Positions 43,859 through 56,100 of a DNA stretch of 64,000 nucleotides are shown here, one piece after another (positions within the stretch are counted from its first letter, which is position 1; each line of letters opens with the position of its first letter). This stretch comes from the human T2T-CHM13v2.0 reference genome, Homo sapiens. The DNA is taken from NCBI RefSeq assembly GCF_009914755.1, contig NC_060926.1; one strand, written 5' to 3'. Below the pieces are notes generated by a model. The model was not told the DNA's origin, did not search any database, and saw nothing but the letters and a program-made list of their open reading frames with translations. The translations under genes were made by a program, and so were the position numbers.

Positions 43859-46800
43859 CAAAGTTTATTCCAGTCGAGTCCGTTTGATAATTCCATTCGA
43901 TTCCATTCTCCGATGATTCCACTGGAGTCCGTTCGATGATTCCATTCAATTCCAGTTGATGATGATTCCATTCGAATCCATTCAATGATTTCATTGGATT
44001 CCATTTGATGATGACTCCTTCCGGTTCCATTCCATGATGATTCCATTCGGTTCCATTACATAGTGATTCCATTCAAGTCCATTCGATGATTCCATTCGAT
44101 TCCATTCGATGATGATTCCATTCCGGTCCATTCGATGATTCCTTTCGATTCCATTTGATGTTGATTCCATTTGAGTCCATTTGATTATTCCCTTTGAATG
44201 CATTCCATGATTCCTTTCGATTCCATTTGATATTGCTTCCATTCGAGTCCATTCGATGATTCCATTTGATTTCATTCAATGATGATTCGATTCAATTCCG
44301 TTCGATGATTCCATTTGATTCCATTCGATGACAACTCCATTCGAGTCCATTCGATGATTCCTTTCGAGTCCATTTCATGATTCTCTTTGGTTCCATTCGA
44401 TGATGATTCCTTTGAATTCCATTCGTTGGTGATTGCATTCGATTCCATTCGATGATGATTCCATTCAATTGCATTCGATGATGATTCCATTCAATTCCAT
44501 TCGATGATGATTCCATTCGGTTTCATTCGATGATTCTATTCAATTCCTTTCTATGATTATTCAATTCTTTTCCATTTGATGATTCCATGTGATTCCATTT
44601 GATGATGATTCCATTCATTTGCATTCGATGATGATTCCATTCAGGTCCATTCAAAGATTCCATTCGATTCCATTCTATGATGATTGCATTCGAGTTCATT
44701 TGATGATTCCATTCGACTCCATTCGATGATGATTCCATTCGTTGCTATTCAATGATTCCATTCGATTCCATTTGCTGATAATTCCGTTCGACTCCATTCA
44801 ATGATTCCATTCGATTCCATTCAATGAGGATTCCATTCGAGTCCATTTGATGATTCTGTTCAATTCCATTCGATGATGATTCCTCTCAAATCCATTTGAT
44901 GATTCCATTCGAGTACATTCGATTATTCCATTTGATTTTATTCGATGATGATTCCATTCTTTGCCATTCGATGATTCCATTCGATTCCATTCAATGGTGA
45001 TTCCATTCGATGCCATTTGATGATTCCATTCAATCCTATTTGATGATGATTCCATTCGTGTCCATTCGATGATTCCGTTCGTTTCCATTCGATGATGATT
45101 CCATTTGAATCCATTCGATGATTCCTATCGATTCCATTCGATGACTCCGTTCAATCCCATTCGATGTTTCCTTTTGATTGTCTTTGACGATCATTCCATT
45201 CGATTCAATTTGGTGATTCCATTCGATGATGATTCCGTTCGATTCCATTCGATGAGGATTCCATTCGATTCCATTTGATGATGATTCCATTCGATTCCAT
45301 TTGACGATGATTCCATTCGAGTCCATTTGATGATTCCATTCCATTCCATTTGATGATGATTCCACTCTAGCCCATTCGATTATTCCATTCGAGTGCATTC
45401 AATGATTCCATTAGATTCCATTCGATGATGATTCCATTCGAGTCCATTCGATGATTCCATTCGATTCCATTCAATGATGATTCCTTTCAGGTCCATTAGA
45501 TGATTCCATTAGATTCCATTTGATGATGACTCCATTAGAGTCCATTCTTTGATTCCATTCGATTCCATTCGATGATGATTCTATTCGAGTCCATTCGTTG
45601 ATTCCATTCGATTCTATTCAATGATGATTCCATTCGAGTCCAATCGATGATTCCCCTCGAGTCCATTCGATGATGATTCCCCTCGAGTCCATTCGATGAT
45701 TCCACTCGAGTCCATTCGATGATTTCCTTAGATTCCATTCAATGATGATTCCACTCAATGCAATTCAATGACTAAATTCGATTCCATTCGATGTTGTTTC
45801 CATTCAAGTCCATTTGATGATTCTATTCGATTCCATTCAATGATGATTCCATTCGTGTCCACTCGATGATTCCATTCTATTCCATTCGATGATTACTCCT
45901 TTAGACTCCATTCGATGATGATTCCATTCGATTTCATTCTGTGATTCTATTCATTTCCATTCGATGATGATTCCATTCTTTTCCAGTCGATGATTCCATT
46001 CGATGCCATTCGATGATTATATTCGATTACATTCGACGATGACTCCATTCTATTCCATTTGATGATTCCATTCGATTCCATTCGATGAGGATTCCATTTG
46101 ATTCCATTCAATGATGATTCCATTCATGTCCATTCGATCGAATTACATTTCATTGCTTTCGATGATGATTCCATTCACGTCCATTAGATGATTCCATTTG
46201 ATTCCATTCATTGATGATTCCATTCAGATTCCATTCGATGATTCCATTCGATTCCATTTGATGATGATTCTATTCAATTGCATTCAAGATTCCATTCGAT
46301 TCCATTCGATGATGATTCCCTTCGAGTCCATTAGAAGATTCCATAACATTCCATTCGATGGTGATTCCTTTCCGTTTCATTCAATGATTCCATTCGATTC
46401 CATTCGATGATGATTCCCTTCGAGTCCATGAGATGATTTCATAACATTCCATTCGATGGTGATTCCATTGGATTCCATTCGATGGTGATTCCATTTGATT
46501 CCATTCGATGATTCCTTTCGTGTCCATTCGATGACACCATTGGATTCCATTCGATGATTTCATTCGTTTCCACTGTTGATGATTCCATTTGATTCCATTC
46601 GATGATGATTCCATTCGATTCCCTTCATTGATGATTCGATTAGATTCCATTTGATGATGATTCCATTCGAGTCCATTCAATGAAGATTCCATTCAATTCC
46701 ATTTGATGATGATTCCATTTGACTCCATTCAATGATGATTCCATTCGATTCCATTCAAAGATTCAATTCAAGTCCATTCAATGATTCCATTCGATTCCAC

Positions 46801-49800
46801 TTGATGATGATTCCTTTCAAGTCCATTCAATGATTCCATTCAATTCCATTCCATAATAATTCCTTTCATGTCCATTCAATGATTCCATTCAGTTGCATTC
46901 GATGATTCCATACGATTTCATTCGATGATGATTCCATTTGAGTCCATTTGATGATTCCATTAGATTCCATTCGAGCATAATTCCTTTCGAGTCCATTCGA
47001 TGATTCCATTCAATTCCATTCCATGATGATCCCATTTCATTCCATTCAATCATGATTCCATTGGAGTCCATTCTACAATTCCTTTATATTCCATTCGTTG
47101 ATTCCATTCAATTCCATTCGATGATGATTGCATTCGACTACATTCGATGATTCCACTCGATTCCATCCGATGATTGGAGTCCATTCGGTGATTCCTTTAG
47201 ATTCCACTCAAAGACGATTCCATTCAATTCCAATCCATGAAACCATTCGATTCCATTCATTGATGATTCCATTTGATTCCATTTGATGATTCCATTTTAT
47301 TCCATTCAATGATGATTCCATTCCATTCCATTTGATGATTCCATTCCATTCCATTAGATGTTGATTCCATTCGTGTCCACTTGATGATTCCATTCTTTTC
47401 CGTTCGACCATGATTCCATTCGATTCCATTCGATGATTCCATTTGAGTACACTCGATGATTCCATTCGAGTACATTCGATGATTCCACTCGATTCCATAC
47501 GATGATTATTCCATTGGAGTCCATTTGGCGATTCCTTTAGGTTCCACTCGAAGATGATTCCATTTGATTCCATTCGATTATACCATTCGATTCCATTCAT
47601 TGATGATTCCATTCAAGTGCATTTGATGATACCATTCGATTCCATTCGATGATGATTCCATTCGTTTCCATTTGATTATTCCATTCTATTCCATTCAGTG
47701 ATGATTCCATTAGAGTCAATTCGATGATTCCTTTGGAGTCCATTTGATGATGATTCCATTCAGTGATTCCATTGAATTCTATTTGATAATGATTCCAATC
47801 AATTCCATTCGATGTTGATTCCATGGGATTCCATTCTATGATTTCATTCGATTGCATTAGACAATGACTCCATTCGATTCCATTTGATGATTCCATTCGA
47901 TTCTATTTGATGATGATTCCATTCGATTCCATTTGATGATGATTGCATTCTATTCAATTTGACGATGATTCCATTCGGGTCCATTAGATGATTCCATACG
48001 ATTCCATTCGATGACGATTCCATTCTATTCCATTCAATGATGATTCCATTCGGGTCCATTATATGATTCCATTCGATTCCATTCGAGGATGATTCCATTC
48101 GTGTCCATTGGATGATTCCATTCTTCTCCATTCGATGATGATTACATTCAAGTCTATTCGCTGATTCTATTAGAGTCCATTGAATGATTGCTTTTGATTC
48201 CATTCGATGCTGATTCCATTCCATTCCATTCCATTCCATTCCATTCGATGATGATTCCATTCGATACCATTCTATGATTCCTTTAGATTCCATTTCATGC
48301 TGATTCCATTCAATTTCATTGAAAGATTCTATTCGAATCCATTCAATGATGATTCCATTCGATTCCATTTGATGATTCCGTTTGATTTCATTTGATGATG
48401 ACTCCATTTGTTTCCATTTGGTGATTCCATTCAATGATGGTTCCATTCGAGTCCATTCAATGATTCCTTTCTACTCTATATGATGATGATTCCATGCGAG
48501 GGCATTCAATGGTGATTCCTTTGGATACCATTCGATGATTCCATTCGATTCCATTCAATGATGATTGCATTCGATTCCATTCGATGATTCCATTGGATTC
48601 CATTCAAAGATGATTCCATTCGATTCCATTTGATAATTCCCTGCGATTCCATTCGATCGTTCCAATGGATTCCATTTGATGATGATTCCATTTGTGTCCA
48701 TTCGATGATTCCATTGAATTCCATCAGATGATGATTCCATTCGAGTGAATTCGATGTTTCCAATCAATTCCATTCAATGATGTTTCCATTTGAGGCTGTC
48801 TGATGACTCTATTCATTTCCATTCTACAATGATTCCCTTTGAGTCCTTTTGAAGATTTGATTCGAGTCCTTTCGATGATCCCACTCGATTCCATTCGATG
48901 ATGATTCCGTTCGAGTCCATTTGACGCGTCCCTTCGAGTCCATTTGATGATTCCATTCGAGTCCAACTGATGATTCCATTCAATTCCATTCTGTGATGTT
49001 TCCCTATGATTCCATTCGATGATGATTCCATGTGATTCCTTTCGATGATGATTCATTTTAATTGCATTTGATTAGGATTCATTTCCAGTTCATTCGACGA
49101 TTCCACACGATTCCATTCGATGATGATTCCATTCGAGTGTATTTGATGATTCCTTTCGATTCCATTAGAAGATGATTCCATTTGATTCCGTTCATTGGTG
49201 ATCCCATTCAATTCCATTCAATGATTCCATTCCATTCCATTCAACAATGATTCCATTTGATTCCATTTGATGATTCCTTCCGCTTGATTCCATTTGATGA
49301 TGATTCCATTCGATTCCATTCGATGATGATTGCCTTCAATTCCATTCGATGATTCCATTCGATTCCATTTGATGATGATTCCATTTGAGTCCATTGATGA
49401 TTCCATTCGAGTCCATTCAATGATTCCATTCATTCGAGTCCATTTGATGATTCCATTCGATTCCATTTTGTGATTATTCCATTCGTGTCCATTAGATGAT
49501 TCCATTCGAGTCCATTCAATAATTCCATTCAATTCCTTTCGATGATTCCATTCGATGCTATTTGATGTTTCCATTCGAGTCCATTTGTTCTTTCATTCGT
49601 GTCCATTCGATGACTCCATTCGATTCCATTTGATGATGATCCCATTTGATGATGATTCCATTCGAGTCCATTTGATGACTCCATTTGATTCCATTCGATG
49701 ATGATTCCATTCGTGTCCATTCAATGTTTTTGTTCTATTCCATTCAATGAGGATTCCCTTCAAATCCATTTGATGATTGTATTCAAGTCCATTCAGTGAT

Positions 49801-50185
49801 TGCTTTCGATTCCATTCGATATTGATTCCCTTTGATTCCATTCGATGAGGATTCCATTCGATGTCATTCTAGGATTCCATTCGATTCCATTTGATGTTGA
49901 TTGCATTTGATTCCATTTGATTATTCTATTCCATTATTTTTGATGACGATTCCATTCGATTCCATTCAGTGATTCCAGTTCATTACAGTTGATGATGATT
50001 CCTTTCGATTCCATTCGATGATTCCATTTGTTTCCAATCGATGATGATTCCATTCGATTCCATTCAATGATGATTCCATTCGAGTCCATTCAATGGTGAT
50101 TCCATTGGATTCCATTCGGTGATGGCATTCGATTCCGTTCGATGATTGCATTCGATTCCATTTGATGATTCCCTTCGATTCCATT
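43859..50185 (+). repeat. Intact higher-order unit, 6327 bp
   Basis: Anchors at 43859 and 50186; ACGCGT at 48924. Confidence 0.92.
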
Positions 50186-53100
50186 CAAAGTTTATTCTAT
50201 TCGAGTCCGTTTGATAATTCCATTCGATTCCATTCTCCGATGATTCCACTGGAGTCCGTTCGATGATTCCATTCATTTCCAGTTGATGATGATTCCATTC
50301 GGGTCCATTCAATGATTTCATTGGATTCCATTTGATGATGACTGCTTCCGGTTCCATTCCATGATGATTCCATTCGGTTCCATTAGATAGTGATTCCATT
50401 CAAGTCCATTCGATGATTCCATTCGATTCCATTCGATGATGATTCCATTCCGGTCCATTCGATGATTCCTTTCGATTCCATTTGATGTTGATTCCATTTG
50501 AGTCCATTTGATTATTCCCTTTTAATGCATTCCATGATTCCTTTCGATTCCATTTGATATTGCTTCCATTCGAGTCCATTCGATGATTCCATTTGATTTC
50601 ATTCAATGATGATTCGATTCAATTCTGTTCGATGATTCCATTTGATTCCATTCGATGACAACTCCATTCGAGTCCATTCGATGATTCCTTTCGAGTCCAT
50701 TTGATCATTCTATTGGGTTCCATTCGATGATGATTCCTTTCAATTCCATTCGTTGGTGATTCCATTCGATTCCATTCGATGATGATTCCATTCAATTACA
50801 TTCGATGATGATTCCATTCGATTCCATTCGATGATGATTCCATTCGGTTTCATTCGATGATTCTATTCAATTCCTTTCTATGATTATTCAATTCTTTTCC
50901 ATTTGATGATTCCATGTGATTCCATTTGATGATGATTCCATTCATTTGCATTCGATGATGATTCCATTCAGGTCCATTCAAAGATTCCATTCGATTCCAT
51001 TCTATGATGATTGCATTCGAGTTCATTTGATGATTCCATTCAACTCCATTCGATGATGATTCCATTCGTTGCTATTCAATGATTCCATTCGATTCCATTT
51101 GCTGATGATTCCATTCAACTCCATTCAATGATTCCATTCGATTCCATTCAATGAGGATTCCATTCGAGTCCATTTGATGATTCTGTTCAATTCCATTCGA
51201 TGATGATTCCTCTCAAATCCATTTGATGATTCCATTCGAGTACATTCGATTATTCCATTTGATTTTATTCGATGATGATTCCATTCTTTGCCATTCGATG
51301 ATTCCATTCGATTCCATTCAATGGTGATTCCATTCGATGCCATTTGATGATTCCATTCAATCCTATTTGATGATGATTCCATTCGTGTCCATTCGATGAT
51401 TCCGTTCGTTTCCATTCGATGATGATTCCATTTGAATCCATTCGATGATTCCTATCGATTCCATTCGATGACTCCGTTCAATCCCATTCGATGTTTCCTT
51501 TTGATTGTCTTTGACGATCATTCCATTCGATTCAATTTGGTGATTCCATTCGATGATGATTCCGTTCGATTCCATTCGATGAGGATTCCATTCGATTCCA
51601 TTTGATGATGATTCCATTCGATTCCATTTGACGATGATTCCATTCGAGTCCATTTGATGATTCCATTCCATTCCATTTGATGATGATTCCACTCTAGCCC
51701 ATTCGATTATTCCATTCGAGTCCATTCAATGATTCCATTAGATTCCATTCGATGATGATTCCATTCGAGTCCATTCGATGATTCCATTCGATTCCATTCA
51801 ATGATGATTCCTTTCAGGTCCATTAGATGATTCCATTAGATTCCATTTGATGATGACTCCATTAGAGTCCATTCTTTGATTCCATTCGATTCCATTCGAT
51901 GATGATTCTATTCGAGTCCATTCATTGATTCCATTCGATTCCATTCAATGATGATTCCATTCGAGTCCAATCGATGATTCCCCTCGAGTCCATTCGATGA
52001 TTCCACTCGAGTCCATTCGATGATTTCCTTAGATTCCATTCAATGATGATTCCACTCAATGCAATTCAATGACTAAATTCGATTCCATTCGATGTTGTTT
52101 CCATTCAAGTCCATTTGATGATTCTATTCGATTCCATTCAATGATGATTCCATTCGTGTCCACTCGATGATTCCATTCTATTCCATTCGATGAGTATTCC
52201 ATTAGACTCCATTCGATGATGATTCCATTCGATTTCATTCTGTGATTCTATTCATCTGCATTCGATGATGATTCCATTCTTTTCCAGTCGATGATTCCAT
52301 TCGATGCCATTCGATGATTACATTCGATTACATTCGACGATGACTCCATTCTATTCCATTTGATGATTCCATTCGATTCCATTCGATGAGGATTCCATTT
52401 GATTCCATTCAATGATGATTCCATTCATGTCCATTCGATCGAATTACATTTCATTGCTTTCGATGATGATTCCATTCACGTCCATTAGATGATTAAATTT
52501 GATTCCATTCATTGATAATTCCATTCAGATTCCATTCGATGATTCCATTCGATTCCATTTGATGATGATTCTATTCAATTGCATTCAAAATTCCATTCGA
52601 TTCCATTCGATGATGATTCCCTTCGAGTCGATTAGAAGATTCCATAACATTCCATTCGATGGTGATTCCTTTCCGTTTCATTCAATGATTCCATTCGATT
52701 CCATTCAATGAGGATTCCATTCGAGTCCATTTGATGATTCCGTTTGATTTCATTTGATGATGATTCCATTTGATTCCATTTGGTGATTCCATTCAGTGAT
52801 GGTTACATTCGAGTCCATTCAATGATTCCTTTCTACTCTATATGATGATGATTCCATGCGACGGCATTCAATGGTGATTCCTTTGGATACCATTCGATGA
52901 TTCCATTTGATTCCATTCAATGATGATTGCATTCGATTCCATTCGATGATTCCTTTCGTGTCCATTCGATGACACCATTGGATTCCATTCGATGATTTCA
53001 TTCGTTTCCACTTGTTGATGATTCCATTCGATTCCATTCGATGATGATTCCATTCGATTCCCTTCATTGATGATTCGATTAGATTCCATTTGATGATGAT

Positions 53101-56100
53101 TCCATTCGAGTCCATTCAATGAAGATTCCATTCAATTCCATTTGATGATGATTCCATTTGACTCCATTCAATGATGGTTCCATTCGATTCCATTCAAAGA
53201 TTCAATTCGAGTCCATTCAATGATTCCATTCGCTTCCACTTGATGATGATTCCTTTCAAGTCCATTCAATGATTCCATTCAATTCCATTCCATAATAATT
53301 CCTTTCATGTCCATTCAATGATTCCATTCAGTTGCATTCGATGATTCCATACGATTTCATTCGATGATGATTCCATTTGAGTCCATTTGATGATTCCATT
53401 AAATTCCATTCGAGCATAATTCCTTTCGAGTCCATTCGATGATTCCATTCAATTCCATTCCATGATGATCCCATTTCATTCCATTCAATGATGATTCCAT
53501 TCGAGTCCATTCTACGATTCCTTTGTATTCCATTCGTTGATTCCATTCAATTCCATTCGATGATGATTGCATTCGACTACATTCGATGATTCCACTCGAT
53601 TCCATCCGATGATTGGAGTCCATTCGGTGATTCCTTTAGATTCCACTCAAAGACGATTCCATTCAATTCCAATCCATGAAACCATTCGATTCCATTCATT
53701 GATGATTCCATTTGATTCCATTTGATGATTCCATTTTATGCCATTCGATGATGATTCCATTCCATTCCATTTGATGATTCCATTCCATTCCATTAGATGT
53801 TGATTCCATTCGTGTCCACTTGATGATTCCATTCTTTTCTGTTCGAGCATGATTCCATTCGATTCCATTCGATGATTCCATTTGAGTACACTCGATGATT
53901 CCATTCGAGTACATTCGATGATTCCACTCGATTCCATACGATGATTATTCCATTGGAGTCCATTTCGCGATTCCTTTAGGTTCCACTCGAAGATGATTCC
54001 ATTTGATTCCATTCGATTATACCATTCGATGCCATTCATTGATGATTCCATTCAAGTGCATTTGATGATACCATTCGATTCCATTCGATGATGATTCCAT
54101 TAGTTTCCATTTGATTATTCCATTCTATTCCATTCAGTGATGATTCCATTAGAGTCAATTCGATGATTCCGTTGGAGTCCATTTGATGATGATTCCATTC
54201 AGTGATTCCATTCAATTCTATTTGATAATGATTCCAATCGATTCCATTCGATGTTGATTCCATGGGATTCCATTCTATGATTTCATTCGATTGCATTAGA
54301 CAATGACTCCATTCGATTCCATTTGATGATTCCATTCGATTCTATTTGATGATGATTCCATTCAATTCCATTTGATGATGATTGCATTCTATTCAATTCG
54401 ACGATGATTCCATTCGGGTCCATTAGATGATTCCATACGATTCCATTCGATGACGATTCCATTCTATTCCATTCAATGATGATTCCATTCGGGTCCATTA
54501 TATGATTCCATTCGATTACATTCGAGGATGATTCCATTCGTGTCCATTGGATGATTCCATTCTTCTCCATTCGATGATGATTACATTCAAGTCTATTCGC
54601 TGATTCTATTAGAGTCCATGAATGATTGCTTTTGATTCCATTCGATGCTGATTCCATTCCATTCCATTCCATTCCATTCCATTCCATTCGATGATGATTC
54701 CATTCGGTACCATTATGATTACTTTAGATTCCATTTCATGCTGATTCCATTCAATTTCATTGAAAGATTCTATTCGAATCCATTCAATGATGATTCCATT
54801 CAATTCCATTTGATGATTCCGTTTGATTTCATTTGATGATGGTTCCATTTGATTCCATTTGGTGATTCCATTCAATGATGGTTCCATTCGAGTCCATTCA
54901 ATGATTCCTTTCTACTCTATATGATGATGATTCCATGCGAGGGCATTCAATGGTGATTCCTTTGGATACCATTCGATGATTCCATTCGATTCCATTCAAT
55001 GATGATTGCATTCGATTCCATTCGATGATTCCATTGGATTCCATTCAAAGATGATTCCATTCGATTCCGTTTGATAATTCCATGCGATTCCATTCGATCG
55101 TTCCAATGGATTCCATTTGATGATGATTCCATTTGTGTCCATTCGATGATTCCATTCAACTCCATCAGATGATGATTCCATTGGAGTGAATTCGATGTTT
55201 CCAATCAATTCCATTCAATGATGTTTCCATTCGAGGCTGTCTGATGACTCTATTCATTTCCATTCTACAATGATTCCCTTTGAGTCCTTTTGAAGATTTG
55301 ATTCGAGTCCTTTCGATGATCCCACTCGATTCCATTCGATGATGATTCCGTTCGAGTCCATTTGACGCGTCCCTTCGAGTCCATTTGATGATTCCATTCG
55401 AGTCCAACTGATGATTCCATTCAATTCCATTCTGTGATGTTTCCCTATGATTCCATTCGATGATGATTCCATGTGATTCCTTTCGATGATGATTCATTTT
55501 AATTGCATTTGATTAGGATTCATTTCCAGTTCATTCGACGATTCCACACGATTCCATTCGATGATGATTCCATTCGAGTGTATTTGATGATTCCTTTCGA
55601 TTCCATTAGAAGATGATTCCATTTGATTCCATTCATTGGTGATCCCATTCAATTCCATTCAATGATTCCATTCCATTCCATTCAACAATGATTCCATTTG
55701 ATTCCATTTGATGATTCCTTCCGCTTGATTCCATTTGATGATGATTCCATTCGATTCCATTCGATGATGATTGCCTTCAATTCCATTCGATGATTCCATT
55801 CGATGACGATTCGGTTTGATTCCATTTGATGATTCCATTCGAATCCATTCGATGATTCCATTCGATTCCATTTGATGATGATTCCATTTGAGTCCATTCG
55901 ATGATTCCATTCGTTTCCATTCGATGATTCCGTTCGTTTCCATTCGATGATGATTAAGATTGAATCCATTCGATGATTCCATTCGTTTCCATTCGATGAT
56001 TCCGTTCGTTTCCATTCGATGATGATTCCATTTGAATCCATTCGATGATTCCTATCGATTCCATTCGATGACTCCGTTCAATCCCATTCGATGTTTCCCT

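Noticed and set aside
35501-54836. Plus-strand ORFs (35501, 46198, 52499, 54645; MIPF... repeats)
   Set aside because: Chance loss of TGA stops through 1-bp indels or pure pentamer tracts. Useful only as lineage markers.
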